A program made the translations under genes and the position numbers. Shown here piece after piece: positions 25,301-37,910 of a stretch of DNA of 64,000 nucleotides. The notes under the pieces are model-generated. The model did no database searches. It saw only the letters and a program-made list of their open reading frames with translations, and was not told the origin of the DNA. Source of the stretch: Ostrea edulis. Its lineage: Eukaryota. Location of the stretch: the NCBI RefSeq assembly GCF_947568905.1, contig NC_079171.1, forward strand, positions 74,276,001 through 74,340,000, written 5' to 3'. Position 1 is the first letter of the stretch. Each line of letters begins with the position of its first letter.

Positions 25301-25994
25301 AAATTCTTTGAAACTCAACAAATATTAGTAATCAAGACAAGATAGCATGGTTCTTTTCAGTTGGGGGTACATAACTCTTAATATTTTCCTTGTTTTTTTA
25401 ACAAAATTATTTGAAATATTAAGTTATAGGTATTTATTATGAGGTTATAAAATATGATATATACAGAGATTCTGAAAAAAAAAACATACATACACATGTG
25501 CTGCAATTTGATTGACTGAAGTTTAAATTGGTTTGGGTTTGTTTGGTGGGTTTTTTTTTTTGGGGGGGGGGGTGGGGGGGGGGGCAAGCAAACAAGACAC
25601 GATTTAGAATATATCTTTAGTTATCAGGTAGTATATACTTTAACATAGTTAACTTTGTAATGGTATATTAATTTTGTTTATCTTACCTAAAAAAAAAAAT
25701 TCCAAAGCCAGTAAGTTAAAGGATAGTCCCTTAGAGAGATGCTTAAAAGAGGACAGTTAAGTCAGAGTTTTGCCAATTCACCATAGTCGGTATAACGTTG
25801 TTTTCAATATTTTGATATCTACAACTGACCAGGTGTAAAGGTGCACATTTTCCATTTCTTGAATGGGAAAAGGAGTGGGTTCGATTCCTTCGGTCGGTAT
25901 ATACAATATATTTTGAAATCATAACATATACCGAAAATCCATTTTTGTATTAGTACATGTAGTTGGGTCCTTGAATGAAAGGGGATGGGGTGAT

Positions 25995-27166
25995 ACCATA
26001 TTTAAAAGTGTTTGTTTCTCCTCTCCCGACCCTAAATTTCAGAGGAGAGTTGGTAGGTTGGTAAAAGGTTTTTTTTAGCCAGCAGAATTGTATTTAGTAT
26101 GAAATCCCAATGTCCATTAACAAAGCCCGATACCAAAACGTCATGAAACACATCATTCCACGTTTCATCGTCAAACTCGTAAAGTCGATCCTTGCGTAAG
26201 GTTCCGCTTTGATTGCCACGTTTAGTAGTTAGAGGAAGGTGTTGATACTTCGGACAGTACTCCAGGTAATTGAGAAATATTCATTATCTAACCACTGAAC
26301 ATAGACATATTGTACATGTATAACGGTTGATTCTACGAACACTCAGGTTTCATCGGATTTGTTCTGCTATTTATGCCACATATGAACACTTAAATGAAGT
26401 CAGTTAGAATGGTGTAACTATGGACAATGATGTTATTTCCGACGCATGGTGTTATAACTTCAGACAGTTAGTAAGTTCGGTTGCTGCTTATTTTGTGGTT
26501 CAGTGACATTGTATGCTTTTGTTTTTGCACATTATGTTAATTCAAGTATGGTAGTGATTTCGAATTTGTTTAGAATTGTTTTATAGTAGGCTTATCGGTA
26601 GATCTAACTTTTACCAGAGAACGTTTCAGCAAGACTTGATTTTGCCGATCAAACAAAATTGATGCTGACATATTTTACAAGGTCAGGTATTTAAATCAAA
26701 CAATCAGATCTGGGTTACACATGCGCATATAATTATGTGTTTTCCAGTTTGTAAATGTATCAAGTTCGGAAATAAGTTTGAATTGAGAATACATGGATAT
26801 AATACTTATTGACTGTTGAAAATATCACACCCGTCCAAAATATCAACACTCCCCCTACTGAAAAACACAGCTTGCACACCCGTATACCCCGAAGTCTCTT
26901 GTCTCTTCGTTCATCTTGTAGAGAACAATTTATCGATCTCAATCTAGCAGATCACCTCTATTCCTATTCTTTTTAGATCGAAACAAAGGAAGATATAGAA
27001 AATACTGGTCATTATAAAATATTGATCTGTACCTGAAACAACCCTGAAATCCATGGATAAAAAAAAAACTTCACCAGAATGACGGAATTAAAACGTTTGG
27101 GTCGGTGCGACTTTCTAAGACTCGGTCGGGCAAAGGGAAACAAACACTATTTTTATTTTGGCCCGA
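25995..27166. mobile_element. Possible MITE with imperfect terminal inverted repeats
   Basis: Left agtgtttgtttctcctctcccgacc versus the reverse complement of the right end (ggtcgggcaaagggaaacaaacact), agtgtttgtttccctttgcccgacc. Confidence 0.45.
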
Positions 27167-27988
27167 AATAGAACACTTGCAATTCTAATTGTTTGTGAAC
27201 AGTCAGAGGTATTTCCACTTTGTGTTGGTTTTTGGTGACCTTTTACCTTAATCAATTATTGAATGTAAACAAAACTTATGAATAAAAGAAAAGAGAACAA
27301 TTTAGAGTTAATTTGGGTATGACTAGTCAGTGGATGTTGTATAGTTTCATTTGGCAATATGAATTAGGTTAAAATTACAAGTATCAAATGGCGGATAATG
27401 CAAGCATTAGCTATCATGGAATTCAAATAGATTCAATGCTGTTTATTTCTGTATTGATTTATGATGGTAGTTATTCTTCATTGATAAAGTGCCTTATGTA
27501 GAATTAAAACTGGTGAATATGAAATGTGGGGGAGTTTTGATTTCCTTGCATGCGATTCTACTTTCAATTAAAAAAATAGTACAGGATGCTGCAGATTTGT
27601 TTGTTGGCTTAGTTGAGTCTGTTTATGTATTCGGTGTCATTCATTGAGTTGACTATGATTTTAAAAGAGGATGTGCAAAATCTGACAGGCAGTGTGTTCA
27701 GGATGACAATTGTGTACAATTTGCATACATTGAACATTGGTAAATGGTGTGTCTGTCTGTGTTTCATGTACTGTTGTAGGCAGCTGTTTTAAATCCTGGG
27801 TAAGCTTAACTGTGGTAAATGCATAGAGGAAAAGAACGAACTGTCTAGGAGAATATGAAATGATATCAAGAACTTGTTTCTCAATTCTATACAAGAAAAT
27901 AACAATTTAAGGACTAAACGTTTAGGTTAGTGATGTTAGTAACTTAGACAATATGAAGGGAGAAGTGTATATTTGTTAAGTTCTATAT

Positions 27989-30900
27989 TAGCCCAGCAGA
28001 TTATGTCTATATATGGAAAAATCTTTCAGTTGGTGATGCAAGCGTCAAACTTGGTACATATATTAACCAAACATAGTTGAATAAATAAAGCACGTTAGCC
28101 ACCCGAAAAAAACAATATGGCGGCCATTTTTCAAGATGGCGGCGGCCTACATTAAGATATTGCATATTCCTTCCTCTATTGTTTGTTAAAAGTGACATTG
28201 TGTTTTTTATTTTCGGAATTCGTGCTTTTTTTGTCTTCCAAACATGATGAGAGACATTTGTGAATCGTTACATAATGAAATGCCGGCCATTTTTTTCAAA
28301 ATGGCGCCAAAGCATTATGTAAGTGTTCAGTACCCAATAATTTGTTTTGTGCTATTGTTTTTAATTGAGTAAAACACCGCTTATTCATTATTGAAGGAGT
28401 ATTTTATACGGTTTTAATCTTCAAGAGATATTTATTTAAAAGAGTGACAGTCGAAGCAGAACCAGGGCACTCTGCTGACGTCACTGCTGTGGAACTCAGC
28501 ATGTGGTCCAACATTAGCTTTACTATTAAGTATTCTTTTATAAAGGTAGTAAATAGTATTAGTAAGATAGCCGCACCTGAATAGACAGGATGTGCCAGCG
28601 CAGGGGAGCCGAGCCAAGGGTAATGGAACAATTGTTACCTGAATGGAGTACATATCTTACGGGTCTTAAACAATGCTGGATGAACGATCGGGCTAGATGT
28701 AGGGGTAAATTTACCATGAACCTAGTTGAATCCCATATTTCAATGTGCTTTGGATAATTTAAGGTGGTAAAAGGATATGCCCTCGGCCTTAAACATTGTC
28801 AGTTTCTATATTATAAAACGTCAATATATACGCTGATACATCTATGACCTTTTGTTTGAAAAATGGCAAATGTGAGACCATTGTCATCAAACTTGGAGAC
28901 AGACTGGAGTAAATGTTGTCTCTATCAGATTGATAAAGATGAGGATCTTAAATCTCCTTCAACCCGTTACGAAACGGACAGATAATGATGGGTTCGTTAT
29001 GATTGCAAGACATATTCCTATCTTCCATGCGATTCATCAGATGCCAATCAAACTAAACCCGAATCGGTTAGATCAAGGTGGTGGAATAGAGGAAACACTA
29101 AGGGAAAACAATACTAAATATCATCAAAGCTGTAGACTTTCATTTAGCAATAATAAGCTTGAAAGGACACGCAAACGATCTGCTACAAATATGTCTGATG
29201 ATGCCCATAGTGTACCTACAAAAAGTAGACGGAGCTCTCTTGAAGATAAAGTATGTTTCTTGTGTGAAAAAGATGCTCCAAAATCTTAATTTCGTCATGC
29301 TATGACGATGGTAAATATCATCGATTAAATGAATGTGCCAGAAATTTGAATAACGTTAGATTGATGACCAGATTAAGTGGTGGGGATATAGTTGCTCAAG
29401 AACTAAAATATCATCGCTCTTGTCTCACAACCTTTTACAACAGGGAGATAGCTCGTTTTGCAAGTCAAAGTAGTGCGGAAAAATGGCAACAAGAGAGAAG
29501 GAGGCCCATCCTATCGTCTTTTCAGTGCTTCTTGTCTACATTGTTGAGTCGAAAATAGGTACTGACGGTCCGATGGTTTTTCGCTTGGCTGACCTTGTGA
29601 GCCTCTATAATCAAGGTTTGATACAATCGGGAGTAGAAGCGCCACGTATAAAATCCACGAGACTTAAAGACAAGTTGTAGGAAGAGATCTCTGGACTAGA
29701 AGCTCACAAAAAAGGTAGGGATATGTTATTAGCCTACAAGGAAGACGTCGGCGAAGCATTATCACAGGCGATGTACTATTCGGAGGCACTGATATTAGCG
29801 AACGCAGCAAAGATATTGCGTAAACGTATACTGGAACAGAAAATGCCTTTCAAGGATCTTTCCATGACAGTTGTATTGAAGATTCAATGCCATCTCTTTT
29901 TGTACAGTTTGTTTGCATGATTGAGCATGGTGCTGATATAAAATCTCAGCTAAGATTTGGTGCTTCGAAAACGGACTTAGCAATGGCACAGCTACTTCAG
30001 TACAACTGTTACGCAAAATACAAAGACGAGTCAAAACCTTTCAGGCGTTCTAAAGACCGTGAGACGTCATTTCCTGTATTTATCGGTATGTCAACTTATT
30101 CAAAAACCAGGAAAAGGATATTAGATGAAATGTTTCATGATCGCGGTCTTAGCGTCTCTTATGATAGGGTGCTTGAAATATCTGCTCAACTAAGGGATGC
30201 AGCGGTCTCCCAATTCTATACGGAAGGTGTTGTTTGTCCATCAAATCTTAGAAAGAATATTTTCACTACTGCTGCTATGGATAATATTAACCACAATCCA
30301 TCTTCAACGTCTGCATCAACATAATTTCATGGAATTAGTATATCCATCTTTCAGCATCTAACATCGGATTACAAAGGTGAGGTGCGGGAGAAATTACCAG
30401 TAAATTCGAAATCTAAAATGGTTCCAGAACTACCGGACTCATTTACCAACATACAATCAGTTTTTTTCTCTGACAAACACCCTAAGCCTTCGAGAGTTGA
30501 TAGTCCTGTTTCAGTTCCAAGTTTACAGCTTCAGCCAGAATATGAATGGTTACAAAAGGTCAGTCTCATTGAATCCGTAAACGAGCATGAAATCAATGTA
30601 ACATGGTTATCACATTTTGCATATTAAGGTAGAAGCCCACCTTTTGAAGTTAGTATAACATCTTTGTTACCATTACTCCGGGACCAAGCACACTCAGTTG
30701 CAACAATCAGACATGTAATGGATAAAATTAGTGATATTGTTGCTATTTTGAATCCTGTTCAGGTCCCAGTGATTGCTGCTGATCAGCCTATCTATGCAAC
30801 AGCCAAATAAATTCAATGACACAGGCCAGAACGTTATGGTGAAGACAAGTTTATCATGATGTTTGGAGGGTTGCATATTGAGATGTCAGCTTTTAAATCA

Positions 30901-31538
30901 AGCCATTCACTCTTGCAGGATAGTGGTTGGACTGGTGCTCTTGTAGAGTCTGGGGTAACAACGCCTGGTACAGCTGAATCATTTTTATCTGCTTCCAGTG
31001 TTACTCGAACACGCCAAATATAACAGGTAACATCATGCTGTTTATATAAACTTATAATAAATGAGGCCTATGAAAATTATAGCAGAGGGAAATGAGAGCA
31101 GTCTTTCCAAAGAAGACTGGGTGAAGAAACGTGAAGCGGAAAGTCCACAGTTTCAGTTTTGGAATTTGATCCTTTGTATGGAGTTGGCTATATTTTTGCT
31201 GATTCGTTCTTTTCGAGAGGCAGACTGTTTGCTTTATCTACAGTCTCTGCAAGGAGAGTAAGGTCTAATTGTATATAGTATATTTAGTACTGCCTGTTTG
31301 TAGTTTTGGTGTCCAGTTGTACGCATTTTTACATCAAATGTGCGATTTTCAGTTGCACCTTCAGTATTTCCAATTCACGAATACGGTATGGCCGCCATCT
31401 TGAAAAATTATGGCCGCGATTTCTAGATATTTGGTGGCTAACGTGCTTTTTTGATAAAATAGTGTCAAAGGATGTTTCATACCAAAGTGCATGCTTGCAT
31501 CACCTACTGAAAGATTGTTAGGGTTATCTGCTTAGCTA
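27989..31538 (+). mobile_element. AcademX-type DNA transposon, internally deleted
   Basis: TAG...CTA termini. Imperfect TIRs tagc(cc/ta)agcagat..aatctttcagt.ggtgatgcaagc and ggccgccatcttgaaaaa. 3-bp TSD TAT (27986-27988 and 31539-31541). Confidence 0.88.
28863..31260 (+). pseudogene. Academ transposase, frameshifted and C-terminally truncated
   Basis: MANVRPLSSNLETDWSKCCLYQ..; LSGGDIVAQELKYHRSCL; TAAMDNINHNPSSTSAST*FHGISISIFQH; PVIAADQPIYA; YGEDKFIMMFGGLHIEMS; covers the track ORFs 28930-31261. Confidence 0.87.
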
Positions 31539-32217
31539 TATATATACATAACTTTTCATGCACACCAATAGTTTCTCTTGGACTCAGAACTTCTTTTGTA
31601 TACATTATGAATAAAATCTACCCTCACAATTTGGCCCACATAGTTTCATCAAACCCCTGCAAGAAGACGGGGAAATGAGATATTTGTTATTAGAATGTGC
31701 ATTGTGTAAAAAATGTTGATATACAGATCAAGATATATTACAAATAATTGGGATGCTATTATGAAGGTTACCTATTTGTATGTGTTACTAAAAAATAAAT
31801 CATATATATTTAAGAATATATATGAATTACAGATACATTAATATATCAAACTTAAAGATCTCTCAAAAGTGGTAGAATGAAGTTTTATGAAAATTCACCA
31901 AAATACAATCCATAATACAAGTTTTATGAATATTCAAATAAATGATTATATTAAAACAGAGATTGAAATTTGTCAAAATGAGGAAAATACATAAATCATG
32001 TTGGTTTCAGATATTTTGGTGTACTAACGTATTTTTTTTTTTTACCTTGACTGAGGTTGAGGCTCAACAAAGGCTTAGATTAATATTAATAACGTTTAAT
32101 ATTTGTCTTATTGTCAATTTTTTTTCCAGATTTTATCTTTTTAATTAATTAAAGAATTAGATCTGTAAATTGTGAGGGAAAAGATATTGTCGATATATTT
32201 CGACAAAAAATATCTAT

Positions 32218-32457
32218 TATGTATATAATAACATTTATGGCGAAACTTTTTCCTTATATTATTTATATTAGTTAGTACCGGGTAACCCGTATTGTACCTC
32301 TGAACATTAAACCCCGTCGGGAACCCCTATTCAACATTAGCACAGTTTGTATCTGAACCAATGAAAACTTGTGAATAGATCACGTGTCTACTTCTGTTAG
32401 AAAGTTTTGATTGTTTGGACTTGTAGAAAGCGTGTTGAAATTTGAGAAATCCAGTAA
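32218..32457 (+). repeat. Split direct repeat A1 (240 bp)
   Basis: One substitution versus A2 (cttgtgaatag / cttgtgtatag). Confidence 0.95.
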
Positions 32458-32608
32458 TTTTTATAGTTTGTGCATTGGAGATTTGCACTAAGTGTAAGTG
32501 ACTTGCAGTTTTGTTTTGTTAACTAGTACATGTTAACATCCTCGTGGGTTGAATCATTGGTACAGTAACTTTGTGCACTCGTTCAGCAGACGCGTCGCGT
32601 CAGTGACG

Positions 32609-33205
32609 ATGGCGGATTAAACGTGCAAGGCGATAGTGATAGGACATTCATATGTGCGCCGTTTGGATGTTTATTTGCAACGTCACAACATAATGAACTT
32701 ACGTTTGGACAACGAACAATTCCAAGTTTCATTACGGGGAAAGGGAGGTTTATGTCTTAGACATATTCGTTTCAATGCAAAAATTCTGCACTTTGACACA
32801 ACCCCCGATATATGTTTCATGCAGATCGGTGAAAATGACATATCGCCCCGTAGCGAACCAGGGAAAATCTCAGAGAACATTTTTTCGCAGACTTGTTATC
32901 TGTGCGACGGAGTTGGCGTAAAAAAAGTTATCGTTTGCCAGTTGTTGCGTCGGCTGCCATATGCGTCCTGTCCACGGTTTAACGAGATGGTACAGTCAGT
33001 GAACCACTTGCTGAAAGAAAAGTTATCGGACGTACAAGGGATTGTGTTTTGGCCACACCGTGGATTCTGGGAGTCACTGTCATACATTTGCCCAGATGGA
33101 GTACACCTGCTATGTACTCAAGCCAATGATCAGCCCATGAGGAAGTTTCTGTGGAGTATAAGCAACGCTATAATTATTAACGCCAAAGATCTCAGGTCAA
33201 TATAA
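32609..33205 (+). pseudogene. SGNH/GDSL hydrolase ORF of the YR element (single nonsense codon at codon 4)
   Basis: ATG GCG GAT TAA ACG TGC AAG GCG ATA GTG ATA GGA CAT TCA is in frame with the 189-aa ORF. Blocks GHS (I), GKGG (II), GEND (III) and DGVH (V) are all present. Confidence 0.88.
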
Positions 33206-33344
33206 ACACATCAAAAATTAAATGCAAACTTGAGTTATTTTAGGCCTTGCCTATGTAGGCCATGGTTGTTATTGGTGTTTGAAACACTTTAAAAAAGCAT
33301 TCTTCAATATCTTCAAAGAAACATTGGGTATAATGTTTATTTAA

Positions 33345-33830
33345 ATAATTACAAAGAAGCAGTCGGTATACTGTTTCATTATTATTAGCACCATTCAGTA
33401 TAATGTTTACATATTACCAAGAAGCATTCACTATAATGTTTCATTATTGCAAGAAAACATTCAGTATAATGTTTTCAGAATTACCAAGAAGCATTCAGTA
33501 TAAGGTTTACATAATTATCAGGAAGCATTCAATATAATGTTTCATTATTGCAAGGAAACATTCAGTATAATGTTTACATAATTACCAAGAAGCATTCAGT
33601 ATAATGTTTCATTAGTGCAAGGAAACATTCAGTATAATGTTTACATAATTACCAAGAAGCATTCAGTATAATGTTTGCATAATTACCAGGAAGCATTCAG
33701 TATAATGGTTCATTATTGCAAGGAAACATTCAGTATAATGTTTACATACTTACCCAGACACATTCAGTATAATGTTTACATAATTACCAGGAAGCATTCA
33801 GTATAATGTGTCATTATTGCACGGAAACAT
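33345..33830. repeat. Internal tandem array of ~33-34-bp units (about 14), two alternating variants
   Basis: Core (a/g)cattcagtataatgttt followed by acataattacca(a/g)g or cattattgcaagg. Confidence 0.95.
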
Positions 33831-34424
33831 TTAGAGTGTGGTTGCAGAGTTATATAGATATAAACTATATATCTGTCTATATTTTAAAGTAGCAGCAGGG
33901 CAGAGTGCAAGGCCTGTGCTATAGAGATATATAAAATGCAATGTCTATTACACTGAGAGGCATTTTAGTATGATATTCCATTGTTATCAATCAACATGAG
34001 TATGATTTAAAATTAGGGAAAGGTTAACGGTATGACGCTACTATTACTACATATTTCCCTGACACCTATTTATGGTACTATATTTATATTCTTTGATAAC
34101 TAAAAACAGCCTCCAGATTTGACATTTAGTTTCTTTCTATCAAGTTATATTATATTATCTATATATTATTGTGCCTAGATATGTTTTTTGGGTTATTGAA
34201 TTTCTGTCAAATTCAGTTATCATAGCCCTTGTTGCGATGTACAAGTCCATTTTATTATACATGCGAACTGTTTATATCTATGCTGGATGTCATGTGGTAT
34301 ACTGTTTGGTGTTTACAGTAGTATTAGTTTGCCAACTGTCTCACTCATCAAGTTTGTTGGAAGTTGACATGCCCCTTTTTCCTTGATGCCCAGATTTACT
34401 GTTGTTAATTATGTTTTAGCAAAC

Positions 34425-35439
34425 ATGCCAAAGGGCAAAGCCACTTCAAGGAAGCGACCAGCTTCACCCCGGCCCGCTCCAAAGAAGTCCAGTCGTCACA
34501 GTGTAGCACCACACAACCCGTCTGTGGAACAAGAGCCTGCATAGTTGACCCCCACCATAGATTATGAAAAACTGGCGAGACACATCGTCCAGGAGCAAGC
34601 ACGGGCCCAAAATGCAAACGTTCCCCCAGAACAGACGTCTCCCAATTCACGGCACCAAATGGATGGGACTTGCTAGGACATACCAACCACTTCCAACCAA
34701 GCCATTTCGAGTGACAATGTCACCACCATCCTTGACGCAGTATTTCAGGGTGAGTCGGCACGCAATCCCACACCCATTGCAATCAGTGATAACATACCCT
34801 TAGGGCTACAGTCCCTATGAAAACCAAGTGCAAAATCTGGGCCAATGAATTTATTGACCTCAGAACACTACTGCCCAATTATACAGATGATCCCCTTTCA
34901 ATCACCATACAGGCAGGGAAAATTGATGTAGAGCAGAGCCAAAAACAAAAGTACCCGCTCTCCATCAACCAGTGGATTGATGCTTTTATAACATTTATGT
35001 CGATATACCTTCAGAGATATCCAGCGGAGGCATGCAATATCCTAAAGTACTGTGCATACATCAGGGAGATTAACAGATTGCATGTTGACGAGGCATGGCG
35101 GGGATATGATGAAACTTTTCGCAAGTTAAGAGAATCCTCCTTACTTCCATGGCAGCAGCCAGTACCGGAACTGAGGTTGCGGGTTGCTGCCATGGGACCA
35201 AAATTCTCAGATAAGTCCCATCCCCCATATGCTAAGAAGTCTAATTTTCGTCCCCAAAAGGTGTGTTTCGCCTACAACGGGGGTGATAAATGTTCAGTCT
35301 TCCCATGTAAATATGTCCATGTGTGTCAGAGTGTGGCAATAGACATCCCAGAACAAAGTGTTTTGCTAAACCCAAGCCCCAGCCACACCAACCATCCCGT
35401 ACCTCTTCCAATCCCAGTAAAACCAGCAATACTACGTAA
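34425..35439 (+). pseudogene. gag-like ORF with C-terminal Cys/His fingers
   Basis: MPKGKATSRKRPASPR..(stops)..KIWANEFIDLRTLL..LSINQWIDAFITFMSIY..YDETFRKLR..CFAYNGGDKCSVFPCKYVHVC; after a 1-nt shift, CGNRHPRTKC..SNTT*. The track ORF 34817-35542 fuses gag to the pol N-terminus through this indel. Confidence 0.8.
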
Positions 35440-37910
35440 GGAGCTACTAGGTTATGATTCAAATAAATCACAATACTTAGTTGAGGGATTTTGTAGAGGG
35501 TTTAGGTTAGGTTGTGTAGGCGCACCCTCGCAGTTGTGTTAAGTAGGGTCATATAAATATGTCAGGAAAAAAGCGTCAATAAACAGATCAATTTGTGACA
35601 AATTCTGTAAACACAGCCCTTTTATACAAAAACAATATGTATATATCATTAAGTGCATATTGACCTCTTATACATTTTTCACCAGACCGACAGTCTCTAC
35701 ATCAACTCTGTATCACGTGATCAATCATCAAGATAAAAACGTATCGTGTATGTATAAATCGTTAAATTGGCACGATATCCAGATATCAATACAATTTGAA
35801 GTTAATATAACTTCAAAGCATATTAATTTCTTAATTTGAAAAGTGCTGAGAGCAAGTTTATTGTGACTTGTAACATGTCTAATTTTTGTATTGAATATGC
35901 AAGATGCAGCGATTTTTAGACATACGAAGTTGAATCTAGCCTGAAAAACATATTTTCTGTTGAAGCCAGAACTTGGTCCCCTAACTTTCCTCTGGCACTG
36001 AAGTTCACATGTCACATAAATCAAACATCTTTCACTTAAAAACCTCGGGGTGTCGTGCCAATAATGAAATTGTTATGTACGGAAACCCGGTTTATGCAAA
36101 TGAGTCCATTGTGAAAGTAACTATACGTGTAGATTAGGGGCGATATCAAGATCACAATATAATATGGATATTACTTTAGCATGCATGCTATATAAAGAAG
36201 AAATTGAAACGTTTTCAATATCAAAGAGAATTAATATAACCCATTTGACAGAAACTTTTACGCGATTGCAGTTTACCATTTGACAGAGGTGGTAAATAAC
36301 GAAAGAATATTTTGACATTTCCAACCACAAAAGGACTGTAGATATGTACGTCATGACCTTCGTCGTGACGTATTTTTCATTGTGACGTCGTGCAATATGC
36401 CAGTGCGGTAAAGTATATTTATGTACAGCACTGGTATTAAACAATTTATGGGGAAAGCCTTAACTCAACCGCGCTTGGGATCTTCACCACAGAATCATAA
36501 GTCAACTAGGGACCATGTGGAGGCCATTAATGAGTACATATTGAAAGAAATACAAGCACAACGAATAGCAGGCCCCTTTGATGATCCGCCTTTAACAAAT
36601 TTTGCTACATCACCATTAGGCATTGTTCCCAAATCAGAAGTAGGTAAATATAGAGTAATTCATGACTTATCATTCCCCGAAGGTCAGTCAGTTAATACAT
36701 ACATTCCTCGTGAAAATTCCAAAGTTCAATATGATACAATAGACAAAGTTATTTCACTAGTACAATATTTTGGGCGGGGGGCTTTTATGGCAAAATCTGA
36801 CATTAAGGATGCTTTCCGCATAGTGCCCATACATCCATCAGACTATCATCTTCTTGGGTTTACCTGGAAAAGTAAATATTATTATGACCGCTGCCTCCCT
36901 ATGGGAGCCAGTAGCTCATGCAAAATATTTGAGGAGTTTAGTCAGGCTCTGGTTTGGATCATGCTCAACAAATATCATGCATCGGGGATATCCCATATCC
37001 TTGATGATTTCTTTTTCATTTCATCCAGTGTCGAAAAATGTCGGGAGGACTTATCACGGTTCCTTTTTTGTGTAACCAGGTTAATATACCTATCAATATG
37101 GCCAAAACTTTTGCCCCTACAACACAGTTAATTATATATGGCATCGAAGTTGATTCTCTCGTCATGGAATGTAGGTTGCCCAGGAGAAAATTATAAAAAT
37201 TAGCAGCAAGCTCAGTGATTTCTGTCATCGGAAGAATGCACACCTATGTGAATTACAATCCCTTATAGGCTTGTTAAATTTTGCTTGTACCTGGCACAGG
37301 TAGAGCTTTCTTGCGACGCCTTATCGATTTAACTTGCAATATCTCAAAACCCTTCCATTTTGTTTATCTCACCAAAGAGGCACGTGCTGACCTAAGTATG
37401 TGGTTCCAGTTCATCTCGCACTTCAACGGAAAATCAGTTTCCCTCCCTTAACAATGGGACTCCTCTGATTACAAAAGTATGTACACGGATGCGTCAGGGT
37501 CAATTGGATTTGCGGCAGTGTTGGGATCACACTGGTTTGCGCAGTCTTGGTCGAAAGAACTTGATCATTTCCAGATTGCAATTAAGGAACTCTTTCCCAT
37601 TGTCTTGGCTTTAGAAATATGGGGAGGACAACTACAAAATAGAAGGATTCTTTTTCTAACCGACAACATGTCAATAGTACAAATCATTAACAAACAATCT
37701 AGTAAAGACAAAACTATCATGATACTTATCAAGAGGCTTGTGCTTGCTGGCCTTTACAACAATATTCACTTCAAAGCCAAACATATTAGGGGAAAATTGA
37801 ATGTAATTGCAGACAAGCTATTTCGTTTTCAATTCCAGGCAGCTCGGCAGCTAGCACCGGATCTGGAGGAATGTCAGATACTCATCCCACACTCTCTTCT
37901 ACACATTTAG
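35390..37910 (+). pseudogene. Reverse transcriptase-RNase H (DIRS/Ngaro type), interrupted by an insertion and frameshifts
   Basis: LPIPVK..LVEGFCRGFRLG | NHKS..RIAGPF..SPLGIVPKSEVGKYRVIHDLSFP..KSDIKDAFR..LPMGASSSC..HILDDF; RNase H YTDASG..IAIKELFPI..TDN..NVIADKL. Confidence 0.93.
35531..36471. mobile_element. 941-bp TIR element inserted in pol
   Basis: Left cagttgtgttaag..ataaat versus right-end reverse complement cggttgagttaag..ataaat (same offset). Possible CG TSD (35529-35530 and 36472-36473). The RT sequence resumes on the far side. Confidence 0.72.

Noticed and set aside
34817-35542. 241-aa ORF as an intact gag or gag-pol fusion
   Set aside because: A 1-nt indel breaks the CCHC finger and joins gag to the overlapping pol frame; its stop lies inside an inserted element.
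36421-37131. ATG at 36421 as the true RT start
   Set aside because: The first 17 codons come from the inserted TIR element; the real N-terminus is at ~35390-35530.
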